Counted from the first letter of the stretch, positions 24,217-38,559 are shown. The stretch: 64,000 nt of DNA from Epiperipatus broadwayi (GCA_028023455.1 JAQFVV010000003.1:16244001-16308000); one strand, 5' to 3'. Notes: generated by a model not told the origin, from the letters alone. Program-made: numbers and translations.

Positions 24217-26094
24217 ATCAATTTAATTTTTATCAATATATATATACAGACACTTCTGTAAAAGGTATGAATAAAAATTAATATTAACTAATATTTATAC
24301 ATTTGTGTGATATTTAATTAATTAAATATTTAAATGTTTATTTGAAAAGGTTATTTAAAAAATGAGTTCAATTAAGTCTGCTTAGTTGAATTATTACTAA
24401 ATTTATATTTAAAATTTAATAACAAGTTGAAGATTGTGATCTGAGCGTAAATAGAATTTGCATTGCTATATTTGGGGGGAGGAAATGTGTCTCATATAGT
24501 TTCAAAAGCTTCTGATGTTATTGGTTATTGACAGAAATATATGTCCAGAAATGTTTTACATCAAATATCACCACTTGAAAGATCATGAAAATTTTTGTAG
24601 AGAATATATTGTATAATTGGATGGATAAAATTGGTTCTAATATATATATATATATTGTAACCATTTGGCTACATAACTGCATTAAAAATAATTAGATAGT
24701 TGGCAGCATGCTCCTCAAGTTTAGTTTGGAATTATTTAATTAAAGAGGAAAGTAATGTTTAGTTTTCCCATGCATATGTTTTTATAATAATAATGGAGCT
24801 GCTATCAATTAAACATTTTACTTTATTTCCCATATGTTAGTAGGAACATTGTAGACAATTTTCTAATAAATAATTGTCAAATTTGTTTTTTAAACACAAT
24901 ATGCATATCTTAATATATATTATAAATTGTAAATGTTATAGGAGAGAAAATTATAAAGTCAGATAGATAATTTTTTTGTTCTCTCTTCAGTAATTTTATC
25001 CAATTACCAGTTGTTTTTAATTTTTAAAAAATGTGCCAAGAGAAAGAAAAAAATGCTTTAATAAATTGTTTAATATTTAATTTTAACCTTTTAAGAAAGA
25101 TTAAATTTTATGTTTAATAATATTCTTAAAAAGAAAAGAATGAAAAAAAATGATTTAATGCTTTTGGTAAATTTTATTTTTAATTAATCAGAGTTTTTTT
25201 CTTTTCTCTTTATCTCTTCAATGTAAAAATAAACTCAGTACAATTAACTGATTATCTTATTTTTCCTTTTGCAAGAAAATTTCTTTTATTACAAAGGAAT
25301 GTCAAGAATTTTATGATGTTAATTTAAGTTCTTGACTTGTTTTTTATTGTCAATGCTTAAGGAGGGAAATATCTGAACAATTGTGTTTGTAAAAATTTAT
25401 CTAATTGGTTATAAAAATTATCATGTTGAAGACAGATTGTGATTGCCTTGTAGGCAAGATTGTTTTAGAAAAAAATTATTACGGATATGAATAAATCAGA
25501 AAACCTAAGTTTCTATAAGAAGAAATTATTCCTAACTTAGCTGTTAAAGAAAACAGTCATGTCTGAATCTAGCTGCTAAAGAAGAAAAAAGCAGAAGTCT
25601 TCAAGCTGTTGCATAAATTGTAAAGAAGTTATCTTGCAAAGTAATCTGTAACCTTGTCTTTAACCAAGAATATGAGTCTGCCTGTGATAGACTCACCTGG
25701 AAATTTTAGTGGAAAGAAATGAATAAAACTTGTTCTTGGTTAATTTGGAAATACTACACACCAGGAAAAATAAATTAATCATGTTCATGTGTAGAAACAT
25801 TCAAGGAGAAAATTCAACTGAAAATTATAATTGGAAGGACTTTACAGATAGTTAAAAAAACATTTTTTTATATAAAGGCAATATATTTTTTGTAAGAATT
25901 TATAATTTTAAATATTTTCATTAAGTTGATGTTTTCAAATTGTGAAACATATTTTTTTTAATTCTTTCAATTTTCTTTTAAAATTATGAGTTTTTTTTAG
26001 AAAATTTAATTTTTTAAATTTAACTTTTGGAAATATGATTTTTCTTTTCTCATTTTCCCTCCTAAAACTTAACAAAAGATTAATTAAGCTAAGT

Positions 26095-26460
26095 CAGGGG
26101 TCCCCAACCCTATGCCTGTGGGCACCATGGTGCCCGCAGACCATATTATGTGTGCCCGCCGCTATCCGAACACGATAAAAAATTATTTATCTGACACAAA
26201 TAAATTTAATTTTTAAATTTTCTTATAAATTGTTGTATTATATTGTAATCAAATTGTAGGGCATACTATATACTTTTACAGTGTAAAATATAAACATTAA
26301 TTATATGTTAAATTTTATTTTTGAAATAATATTTTTTTGTACATTATGTATATTATTAACAATATCCAACTATAAATTTACATTGAAAAAATAATGTTGC
26401 CCGCCGTCTGGCCAGTATTATAGAATATGCTCTTAAGTGCAAAAAGGTTAGGGACCACTG
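26095..26460. mobile_element. hAT (Charlie-type) MITE
   Basis: TIRs CAGGGGTCCCCAACC / GGTTAGGGACCACTG (13/15); 8-bp TSD AGCTAAGT / AGTTAAGT. Confidence 0.9.
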
Positions 26461-28516
26461 AGTTAAGTCAAACATTGTGATCTTTGATTTTTTTTGAAAC
26501 GTTTTTTAAACTTTTAGTTATTTTAAAGTAATAATTTTAATGAATTAAAAGTTAATTTAATGAATAGAAATCAACTGGTTATTATAATTTTTATAAAACT
26601 TTTTTTTTAATGAAATGAATGTTTAAAATTTTATACTATCATGTCAATTTCTTTTATTCATTGTTTTCAACTCCTGTTACATGAATTGGCAGTGTGTGTG
26701 ACTTTATTTCAAGACAGCTTAGTATGCTAGGATTTTAAAAATTATACCAATAAAACTATTACTTATAGTAGGTAAACCTATGAATCATTTAAAATCGATT
26801 AGAATAAGCTGCTTTATTTATTTATCTTTTGCTCACATTAATAGTCTATAGAGTTCTTCCTTCCTGAGCTAGATTAGAGCAGAATGGTTAGTTGTATGGA
26901 TTAGGGGTTTAGGTTGATGTTTGGTCTCCAGATAACACTGGATGGTACAAAGGTATATCTTTTAAAATCTGTGCACTATATTTTATTTGTTATTAATTAG
27001 AAATTAAGTTTATAATTGGCCAGTACATTAATGGTACTATATGATGATTAGCATGTTCTAGTACTTCAGCATTATTTGATTGTTTTTATATTTTATTGGA
27101 TTAGCACTTAAGGTTGTGCATCTAAATTATTGTTTATATAATCTGCCTCAAGTTTGGCAAGGGATAAATAATTAGCCTAGTCTATAGTGGATCACTTTCA
27201 AATCCAGTCACAAGGTTGACTATTGATTTTATTTTTTTTGATCATTCTTGATGTTGAATGATTATTATTATTCTCTGTAATGCTGAGTGAGCTTATAATT
27301 AGTTCTTTGCTGATCTCTCCTGCTTTTTATATTCATTATTATTTCTTTTATATTTAATTTTATATTTTGTTTATTTGGGGATGGTTTCCCATCTCCTCAT
27401 AATTTAGATCTAATGTGTGTGTACTGTTACAAATGGCAACCCATTTGTGGAACATTGTAACCACAGATTCTCTCTTCTGTATTATTACAATATATATAAT
27501 TGTGTAACTTCACATAGGATTTACAAAAATGTAACAATAAAAACAAAAATCACATCAAATAGCAATAGGTGTGTGCATGCATATGTGTAAAATAAAACAA
27601 ACACTATCTAGAAAGTATTTTTATTGTTGAATAGCCATCTATCTTCTAGACATCTCACTCAAATCATATTTTGCTTTTATTTTGACATTATTTATAACCA
27701 GTCTATTGAATTCGGTGGCTTTTTAACTTATGAAATGTAGTTTTAACGTGTTAATTACAGCTCGTATATGTAGAAGAAATATTAAATTGAGAATAAAGAG
27801 TTGAGACTATTTTAGTTAATATTAGTATTTAATTAGTTTGCAATAAATATGATATACACATATATATATATTTGATTTAAGTATATGTTTTTATTGATAG
27901 AATTAACCAAGATTTTACAATATTATTTTACAAAATGTATATGTGTATATATCAAAAGTAATAAATATGTCTTGATTTATTATTGAAAATTATTAAAGGA
28001 AATAAAATTATCAGACATTTAAAAATGGAATAGAAAAAATAAATATTAATGTTTTCTTTATCTTACCTGAAAATTCTTAGGTATGTAAGAAAATTGTATT
28101 TTGTTAATTTTTGATATAACTTTTTATCTTCAGTATTTGTTTTTAAGTAGTGCTTATATGATTAGTTCAAATAAATATAGTAACGGGATTGACTTCTAAC
28201 ACTATTCAAGTGGGTTCCAATTTTCTGCTAACAGTACAGGCAAAATATTTGAAATTATTACTTACCAAATAATTTTTTGTATGATGGACATGTAGAATTC
28301 ATTCTGCAGAATTGTTTCCTTCAGTAGTCACTTGAAGTTGAAATAAGATCTTTTCTAGATTGCTTTTTAATGTCATTTAACAAAAAATTATCAAATGATT
28401 GGAAAAATAGTTAACTGATGATCATCACTTAGATATAGGTAAATTACTTACTAACTTGAAAATCTGTAATTCTCACAAAACTTTTGACAAGTTTTTGAGA
28501 AACTAACTTAAACTTA

Positions 28517-28861
28517 TTAATCAGACAAAACTCTATGTAGTGCCACTCAATGCAAGCCAGAATAATCAATGGATGCCAGAAGACTTGTGCATAAAATCCC
28601 CATCTAGTGCCTATTCATCCAATATCACCAGGCTAGTTTCTGGCTTGTGGCCTTCAGTGAGAAGCCTTGGATCTGAGAGCATTGTCCCTAAGATCTAGGT
28701 GCAGTAGATGAATAGGCACTAGATGGAGATTTTATGCACAAGCCTTCTGGCATCCATTGATTACCCTGGCTTGCACTGAGTGGCAATAGGTATAGAGAGT
28801 TTTGCCTATTTTAATAATAGTTATAAGCAAGCATAAGGAATGGTGATCATGTGATGTTTAT
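28517..28861 (-). mobile_element. Hammerhead-bearing element, family B, with an internal inverted duplication
   Basis: Homologous to 33414-33624; HHR motif on the minus strand at 28625-28663; flanking direct repeat TAACTTAAA(A)CTTA at 28504-28516 and 28862-28875. Confidence 0.8.
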
Positions 28862-31800
28862 TAACTTAAAACTTAACTTTAAAAAATTAAACTATTGTAA
28901 GTCTGAAGTATTTTATATACTGCCTAATTTCAAAAACAAAACAATAGAAATTGGCTGAATGATTTACTATGAAACAACATAATTGATATCATTTTTTAAT
29001 TATCTACACTTATAAAGTTCAATAAACAATCAGTTAACTTTTTATCAAAATATTTTTGTTAATAAAATAAAAACATTATGAAGTTGATATTATTAATAAA
29101 TGAAATCTATGTGTTTATTTTTAAATAAAAAAATTAAATTTAAATAATGAAAGATAATTTCAAATTGCTTTTTTTTTTTGCATATAAAGAAAAAAAAATC
29201 AAAAATGAAAACACAATTTTAATCATTCTTATATATAAAAATGTTTCTAAAAAAAAAAAAAAGTTTTTTTAAAAGTTTGCAACATTTGGTTATAGTTTGT
29301 ATAACATACATATGTCCATCTTTTATCTTTATAAAGCAAAATAATTGACATTTGTTAATATCATTATGTGAGAAATGGACTGTGAGATTGGAATGGTATA
29401 ATATATGTTTGTGAATGTAGAAAATAATCATAGGTTAACTTTTTAGTCTAAACTTCAGCAATTTTAAATTTAAATGACTATTAACTTAAGAAAATGAGCC
29501 AATTTAAATTTCTTCATAGTTCTTGAAGTAGAAATGGTGATTTAGATGTTAAGGTCTGACATAGATTCCAGTGTGTTATTACTGTTTTTAACAGTTAAAA
29601 CAATATAGGTAACTCAGTGATATATCTACTCTAATTAATTTAATTGTATATAGAGCTGTTATTTTATCTCATTTATTGTATGTAAATACTTCTATCATTA
29701 TAATAAAGGCATTAGAAAAAGTTTCATTTAAAAATGCACTCTAAAATTCTAAATATATCATAGTAAAATCATAAAATTGATTAATACATTTTTCACTTGG
29801 TTGGATATGATAATATAGATTCATCAAAATTTTATGTTTATTGAATTGAAAATGTAAAATTTATGAAGAATAGAAGATTTCTGAAATGGTTTTATGTTGA
29901 ATTTAAGCGTGATATTTATGGGATAGGCAGATTCTATTTTCATTATAAAGATTGTCTCAAAAATACTTTAAAGAAATGCAATATTGTTTGGTTTTATTGG
30001 AAAGATACAACTGAAGATAGAATGCAATGAAGAACTGTTGAAGTCTTTCAGAAAGAAAATTTTACAATAGAAGAAATTAAAAGACAACTTCATAAAATAT
30101 CAGGCAAAATAATGGACCAGCGTGTTCTATATGTGGATGTATTTATGTGTCACTAATTCATTTGTATAATTGTTACAAAACTTACTTTTAATATATTACT
30201 ATTATTGTTGTTGTTGTTATCATTGTCTTCCATCTTTCTTTAAATTTTGAAGTTGTAATGATCATAGTCATTTGCAATTATGTTGAATGCTGAAGTTGAT
30301 GCGTTCATAATTGGGAATTTTTTTAATTTTATCTTTTCAATTGAATTAAACTGTCAACTATCGTGAACTTTTAGTAGCAGATGTGTGTTTGAATCCCTTA
30401 AATTGAATCATTGCTAAAAGCCTCTTTCAGTATTTTAAAAGGTTTTTTTTTTTTTTTCAGAAACAAATTTATAATAATTCAATATTTTTGTAGACAAACA
30501 AATAAATGAAAAGATAAATACCAATAAGTAGACAATTATTGAGTAATGAAGTAAGAAGTATTACATGACTTTTAAATAGATAGTGGTATATTATTTATCA
30601 GGGAGATGGGGAAAGTCTCTTTTGTTCCAATTTATTAATAAGTCTACCAGACATTCAAAGATAACTTTGACTCAATGCCTCTAGAATGAGTTTGATCAGT
30701 AGTAATGAAAGTCACATCATATTGCAGATACTACAATAGATAAACATCCAGATACCAATCATAGTCCATCTAAAAACATATGGTTTACCTAGATCAGATA
30801 TTAAAACTTCAGATTGTGAGCATAGTAGAAAGATGTATTAATCACTATGCTATCAGTTTATTCTATCAATCATTATTTAATAAGACTTATTTATTTGAAG
30901 TTATTATATTTGAACAATATATGGGTGGATATTCAGGTAGAGAATTTTCTGCCCTTAGAATCTGTCCACCCTGTGGAGGTTAGAAAAATTATTTCTGCTA
31001 CCGCTTAAAGCTGATGCAAATGTAGTGTAGCTCGCTCTCTACAATTTATACATACTTATTGGTTTTAATTTATTCTATGTAACCATTAATGTCTTGCTTT
31101 CTCAAAATTAGATTGGGTCATGATATTATTTTATAAGATATCGCGGAATTTAGTAAGATAGTTTTTTAAATTCTCTTTGGCATGTTCAAGTTAAATGATT
31201 TGCATGTGATTTGGTTTATGTACAACACATAGTACTCTAGCAAGATGATTTGTGATGTTATAGTAATTGCATAAGATAGAGGCAATGTATATATCGAATA
31301 AAGATTATGTGAAAAAATAATGATGATTACAAGATTACATAGAATTAAATGATTATATCAAAGTTTTCTCAAGCATATTATGTAGCTGCAATTTTAGCCA
31401 GTAATTGGCCTATTTATAAATGTTTTCGAATAATTTCACTATCAATTACATAAAGTTTGATTTAAAATAAAAATGCAGGATATTAGAATCTTGGCTTGAG
31501 TGTTATGTTTAAAGTGTAATTCTATTTTTTTTTTACTGCGAACTTTTACAAGCTATTATTGGAATCTGAATTAGAAGTAGTTATTTATACCAATCAGAAA
31601 TCATTGTGCATGGATCCTATGCCCAGAGATTCTCTTAGCTAATTTAAATATTAATTCACTCAAGAATTATTTTAAAGCCCTTCCAGTCTAAAATATCATT
31701 GCCAGTATTGATTTTAATAAAAAATTTTTTATTAGTTTTAATATTTTATTCTAATATTTTCTATTATTGTTTTAAGCATTATTCAAAAAATAAAAATCTC

Positions 31801-32808
31801 TATTTCTCTCATTCTCTTCACATTTTCCGTACAATTTATTTTGATTTTTTTTTTTTTTTTTTGACATTTCATTCTCCAGAAGTAAACATTCAACACTCAA
31901 CTATCCTTCTCCACATAAACTATACCTATTGTCCAAATCATATTCTATTTTTGCCCCTTTCAGTAAACCTAGCTTCTGTTTTTTGTTCTTTGATGCATTT
32001 TATTTTTATGTAGCTCCAAACTATTTTTTTAATTTTATTTTCCATTACTGTATTTTGTTCCCACTAAACCAACATATCTATTCTCTTTTTACAATCTTTC
32101 ATAATTTAAATATCTATATTTTTTTCTGAACATTATCCCAATTTTTGTATAAAAAAATAAAAATAAATCCTCTATTCCTTAATTTTGTTTATTATAAAAC
32201 CTTTTCAGCCTGCTAGAAAAGTTGGTTGTTCTCTCTTTATAATCCACTTAAATTATTTTTACTAATTTAGTTTCATTTATACATATTATAATTCTTTTAA
32301 CATTTTAAATTCTTTTTTCAGTTTTTCTCACTGAAAAAATCTATTCCATTTTCCCTGAATATTCTCTTTGCTGTCCATATTTTACCATCCAATGTAATAT
32401 TTTAATATTTTAAAAAAAACGTTATCTAAAAATTTCTGAATTATTGGTCTAATACAATATGCCTTATTTTCAAATGTTAAAAGAGATACTATTACGCTTC
32501 TCTAATTTATTCTACACATATAATATTAGTTATATACAAAATATACTATATATTTAATTTTATTTTGTTTTTTATTTTTGTTTCAATTATAATTTCCAAT
32601 TATCTAGATAAAAATCACTTTTCCATTTAACAAAATATCTAAACATCAAATCTTTTCCATTTCTTATATCCATTTTTTATCTTTCAGTTCTTATTAAATT
32701 TAATTATCATATTTTGCCCCATGTATGCACACTTTTCTAATAACAGCTTGCTATATACATATATTTCCCCTACGATTTCTGAATATATAGTTCTATTATG
32801 ATGCAGAA

Positions 32809-33658
32809 TTACAAGTTGAATTCTATCCTCTCAACTGCGCCAGTTTTCTGCTGTGTACAGCTACCATGAATACTACAATCAGGGGTCAAGATGGTCAGAC
32901 CAATAGAAATAAAAGTAATTTGGAAACAAGGTTTTATAACTAAATACTGACTTTATTTGCCGCAAGATACTAATAGTAAGAGTTTACCAATATGCTTAAT
33001 AAATTTACAATTTATACATATCAATAATATTAATTACGAAATGCCAATGAGATATACATAAATTATAATAAAACTAATGTGGCCTATATAGTCCCTAGGT
33101 TCACTTCGGTGCCTTCAGTAATGAAGTTCACGGGATCCCTTCGTAGTCGTCATTACATTCAGTTATTTTGTATCCTCTGTAGCACGCGCAGCTTCCACAG
33201 TGCATGTGTAAAAAGCCCCCAATTTTGTTTATCTCCAAGTTTTACGTTTCCCCCCATAACGTAGAATGTTCTAGAACTAATTAATTATACTTGTTCCTAT
33301 CTTTTAATTAATAATTTTCTAATCCAGTAATGCTTATCAATGTTTTATCTCTAAAACACATTATTTCTTTAAGTTCTAACTATATATGTATATAGCACAG
33401 CTCTTTTACATTAAAACAGGCAAAACTCTCCATACAGTAGTGCCACTCAGTGCAAGCCAGAGATCAATGGATACGAGAAGTCTTGTGCATACAACCACTA
33501 TCTAGTGCCTACTCATCCAATATTCTCAGACTAGTTTTTAGCTGTGGCTTTCATCAGTGAGGAGCATTGGATCTAAGAGCACTGCACCTAAATCTTAGAA
33601 ATGATGATCATATGATGTTTAGTGGCTCTTTTACATTATTTAAAATATATATTTTTTC
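32809..33658. mobile_element. Unclassified insertion in the LINE (contains the family B copy)
   Basis: More GC-rich non-LINE block bounded by a candidate 7-bp direct repeat TGCAGAA (32802-32808, 33659-33665). Confidence 0.4.
33414..33624 (-). mobile_element. Hammerhead-bearing short retroelement, family B (211 bp)
   Basis: Exact 14-bp TSD GCTCTTTTACATTA (33400-33413, 33625-33638); HHR motif at 33523-33562 with core CTGATGA and stem III palindrome ACTAGT. Confidence 0.85.
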
Positions 33659-35401
33659 TGCAGAAAAAGCACCACCATGTCATGTACAATTCTAGTTTTC
33701 ATTGTGGAAATCCTTACCCATATCTTTATTCTTTTTATCTTAACTTTCTTTTACAAACAAAAGAAATATAGGTGGTAATGGGCATTCCTGTTTTAACCTG
33801 ATTTTACGTTTAACTTTTATATAACTGGATCATTTCCCAGTTGCTACTTGTAAAATCAGTCTTGTAATGACTTAATAAGTCTCAAGAATCCCAAATTTCT
33901 TCCCAAATTTTCAAGATTTCTCAATAATCTATTAATATCTATTCTATAAAAAATTATTTGTTTTTCCTATATATCATTTTAATAGAATAATGATGAATAA
34001 ATTATCTCCTCGTAATTTCCCTGAATGAAGTCTCATGAATTTCTTGCAATATTTTTTTCTCTTCTATCCATCTTCTATTCATTATTAGGGATATCAATAT
34101 TTTATAAACTATTTAACTTAAAATTCCTTTTTTTAAGTAATAATTTAATTCTTACACTCTTTCAATCATCTAGACTTATTGTCTATAATTTTATTAAAGC
34201 ATTTTAAAACAATCTTTATTTATTATTTCATATTTATTAACGTACCAACTATTATATCATTTATTTATTTTGCTTTCCTACTTTTTATTCCACATTTTAA
34301 TCTACTCATTTAATCGTTTTAATAATACAAATTTATCAGTTAACTTTCTATTACCCAAGTTTTATGATAAACTCAAGAATACTTTTTAAACTTCTTTTTC
34401 ATTGTCAAATTCTTTCTTTATTTAATAATATAACAGCCTCTTTTTTCTTGTTGTCTTAATATTTCTTGACAATTTTTCATAATTCTCTCTTTTTGCACTG
34501 TTAATTTCCTCCATTAACATCATATTAAATTGATCCAATTTTTGTCATTTATACTTTATTTCTTTTGTAAATAACTATTATTCTAACTTTTACCATCTTT
34601 TCATACTTCATATATACTTTTACACTTTTTTTAAATATTTTATTTCATTTTTTTTTTTTGCTTGTCCTATTAGTCGTAATAATACCATTCTATTCTTTAT
34701 AAGTTTTAAATTGACCATCTCTCATAATTTTTTCTAAGATATTTCTAAACTTAATCTGTTTAATCATTTTTCATTCATTACTGTCAATTTTGCTACATAA
34801 AGTTCTGTATCCATTCTTTCAGATAAATCTTATTCTATCATCATAAAATTGTGATCACTGCCACACTTTTTTTTTTTCAAAAATTTTACTTCTTTTTATG
34901 TTTACTATTTTTTATTTATTTATTATTATACAATCAATAGTATATTTCAAATTCCACCTCAATCATATAAACTCTATATCAAATACTTTCATGAGATTTT
35001 CATCTCTGTCACCATATGTTCATTCGTATCATCCCCAATCAGTATTTCATAATTATTCTTTCTAAACAAATCTCAGTCTCTATGTATACATTTCCTAATA
35101 TTAATTATTCCATTTTTTATACCCTTCTTATTTTGAGTAAGTGAATTTACCAATTTCACACAGTCATTTATTTTTTATTTAATATTAATCTTACCTTCTT
35201 GTTTTTTTTTACAATTTATATCTAAAATACCATCTTCATTCTTTTATTTATATTTTGAAAAAATGGTACTTAAATTTCTCAAATTAAATTTTCTTTCCAA
35301 CATTCTCCATGTATTTATATTTCTACTTTAGTGCATATTTATTATTGCATTAACACTTTTGACTTCTAAATTTCATTTTCTTATAAGTATTCCAAGATAT
35401 A

Positions 35402-35501
35402 ATATTTCTGTAGTGTAATTTTCACTACACCCTTCAAACAGATAGAAACCAGTTTCTACTTTGCATGAGAGTGGTGTAGTGAAAGATACATTACAGACAT
35501 A
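35402..35501. repeat. Short fold-back, family D
   Basis: Arms 35402-35432 and 35470-35501; the spacer and right arm recur at 38497-38559. Confidence 0.7.
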
Positions 35502-36299
35502 TGTAAGTAATATATATTAAGGCTATAACCTTATTAAAATGTGACAGTAGGGACCTCTACAAATCTAAACACAAGATTAACAACTTTAAAAGACAAGAGC
35601 GGCCACTCTTATCTTCAATCTAATTATTAATTACAAATTATTAATTATTACAGAAATATATACTTTCATTAAGTGATTTGTGTCAAATTGTGATAGCAGC
35701 ATATTTGACACTTATCGGTTAAAACAAGATTTCCCCAAGTGATTGATACTGCTATTTGTTTGTTACTTTAAAATATATATGATTCCAATACATATCTAAT
35801 TAAGAAATAAAATAAATCAAAAAAATACTTTTTTGATAAAAACATATTTATACTAAACTTTCGAACAAAAAAGTAAAATGTGTCATTAAAAGAGTCACAT
35901 GTAAGAATGGATGAAAATACATGTAGCATAAACATGTCTGTGCATTGTCTTATCATATGTATCAAAGCAAATGTGGTCGTGAAAAACCGTTGCATGTCTG
36001 CCCTTCCTTGTGGTAGAATGGGATGATATTAGATATTAGCAGAATCTATCAATCTTGTACAGTCATGCTTTCATAAAACACTATAAATTGTTTCATTTGA
36101 TGTGCCTTGTACTTATTTGTGATTTGAACTTTGAATATAATTATTTATTGAGGAGCAGAACTACGATTAAAAAAATCAGGGGGCACAATTAATGTATTTG
36201 AGCTTGAACAAAAATCTTCTGTTTTAAATAAGTACATACTTTATTGTTGTTGTTTATTATCACAGGGGGTTGTCGAAATTGTTTGTTAATAAAAGTTTT

Positions 36300-38359
36300 T
36301 ATTTCTTACAATAATAATATAACTGAACCAAAAAAGAAATGCAAACAGTGCAGCTTGGACTATTTGAAGCTAGGATTTGTCCTATCATTATCAAGCAAAC
36401 ATTTACCAATGTGCCTCATATGTAAAAAGTCTTTAGCAATGATGCTGTGAAACCATCAAAACTAGCAGATCACTTGAACAGAATTAACCTTGACAAAAAA
36501 GAAAGATTTGTTATACTTTCAATCACTTAAAGATAAAATTCTGAAGAGAACTATGATAGATAATATATTTGTTTTATCATCGATGTGAAAAACTGTATAA
36601 TCATTTGCAAAAAAAAAAAAAACAACATTTTTTCCCTCCAATTGGATGAGTCAACATTACCCGGTAATGAAGCTTTATTGCTGGCATATGTTCGCTTTAT
36701 TCAAGATCAGGAAGTGCATGACGAACTGCTTTTTGCTAGAACTTTAGAAACTGACACCAGAGGCAAAACATTTTTTAATTTAATGGAGCTATTTTTCAGG
36801 GAAAAATAGATTTCATTGACAAATATAATATCTGTTATGACAGATGGAGCACCAGCTATGATTGGTTGTTATTGCAGTTTCATAAGTTATCTGAAATAAC
36901 ACATATCTGAAGTGCTTGCACTTCACTGCGTAATCCATAGGCAGCATTAATAGCCAAGAATCTTAGTGACAAATTGCATCAATTGCTTCAGTTTGTTGTT
37001 ACAACTGTGAATAAAATTTGAAGTAATGCTTTGAACACTAGACTGAGGAAAGTGACAAAGATTTTTATTGATTGGTTCTCCATACCGAAGTCCGCTGGCT
37101 TTCAAAAGATTTATGTTTGGTGAGATTTTTCAAATTTTTTCAATCTATTTTAGAGTTTTTGGAAGACTAGAATTGCAGTTTGAAAAAAAATTACTTAAGA
37201 GTAAAACAGATATTGCTTATTTAACCAACTTATTTGGCAAATTTAATGATGTTAATTTACAACTGCAAGGAGATAATTTGAATATCATCAAAGAAAAATC
37301 AGTCATATCAACTTTTGCTGCCAGATTAATGTTTTTAAGCAAAATATTGCAAGATCTGAGCTTTCCCAGTTCCCCATCTTATTTGAGATAGGCACAATCC
37401 AAGAAGAAAACATATTTCTGTACATCAACTACTTGGAGCCTCTTCATTTAGATTTCAAAACTAGGTACAAAGATATTCTATCATTGGAAATATTGGACTG
37501 GATAATAAACTCATACCTATTAGTGCAGAACACAACATAATTTTGCAAGATGAGTTGATAACCATCAGCATGAATGAGAATCTCAAGTTACAATTCAAAC
37601 ACAAGATTATCAAAAGTTTTGGCTGCAACGAGATATTCTCTTTCTGTACATGGCTCTATGGACTGTTGTACAAAGTATTTGCTAGCATTTCCATCATTGT
37701 ATCTGGTAGAGAGAGGCTTCAGTATAGTTTTAAACCAGTTTCAGAGCAGACTTCAATTGCATATCACTGAACATGGAGATTTGACAATGGAACTCACTAA
37801 TTTAAAACTAGACATAGATAAGTTGTTCGCAAATCATCAGGTGCGCCCATCTCATTAAATTCAGTTTTATATATATAAATTCAGTTTTTCAGGCTAATTT
37901 ATTTGGTATTCTTATTTTTATAATTCTGATTAAAATCTTTCATTGTTGTAATTTTGTTGATGTTTAGTTTAATTCTGTCTGAGTATGTTGATTTTTTCAC
38001 TTCGTTTTTATATTTAATAAAGTGATTTCAATATTTGTACTTATTTTTAATTTAAATATTTATTTCATAAATTTCAAAAATTAAAAAAAATTCTCATATT
38101 CTTTTGCTTTAATTTTCGTTAGTGCAAGTTTTGATATTAAATGTTGCACCAGATAATGCCATATTCAGTAGTCCTATTATTTATTTTAATCATTAATTAA
38201 AATTGATTAAAATGAAAAGTTTGTTATCTAGTGAAATATTTAATATCAGTAATATACAAATTTATTAATTTGAGTAAGTAAAGTAAATGACTAGGGGGTC
38301 AACATTTTTAAAAGTTTTTGGTAGAGGGATCTGCAGCCGAAAAAGTTTGGGAACTCTTG
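36300..38359 (+). mobile_element. hAT (Charlie/Buster, ZBED5/ZBED8-like) DNA transposon remnant with disrupted transposase
   Basis: MCLIC zinc-finger, FSLQLDEST, TDGAPAM, HCVIHRQH and YLVERGFS motifs; Charlie-like right TIR AAAAGTTTGGGAACTCTTG at 38341-38359; left TIR not found. Confidence 0.92.
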
Positions 38360-38444
38360 AATTAAACCATAGTAATTTGCTATCTATATGTGTATACACT
38401 GAACAATAACAAAGATATCTGTAAGAGATTGTGGTCTAGGTTAA

Positions 38445-38559
38445 CTGATGAATGCTGACTCAGCATGAAGCACCCCTCCATGTAACATTAAAAGTGGATA
38501 GAAACCAGCTACTATCTTGTGTGAGAGTGGTGTAGTGAAAATTACACTACAGAAATATT
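38445..38559 (+). repeat. Family D copy with upstream hammerhead-like words
   Basis: 38497-38559 matches 35441-35501; upstream CTGATGA followed by the hairpin ATGCTG-act-CAGCAT. Confidence 0.55.

Larger units (their letters stand above)
31780..35350 (-). mobile_element. Old APE-RT LINE (clade unresolved), interrupted by nested insertions
   Basis: Minus-strand remnants: ILIGD and SDH (APE), GLKQECPLPP and Y..DMVVL (RT), SLCGEG..VECLLLE (C-terminal Cys/His knuckle). Confidence 0.65.

Noticed and set aside
29880-30150. Possible transposase fragment
   Set aside because: Coding-like composition, but no diagnostic motif that I could assign
33090-33122. CTGAAGG-CAC(cgaa)GTG-AA-CCTAGG hammerhead-like stretch (minus strand)
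   Set aside because: Lacks A9 and the A15.1-U16.1 pair; no stem I
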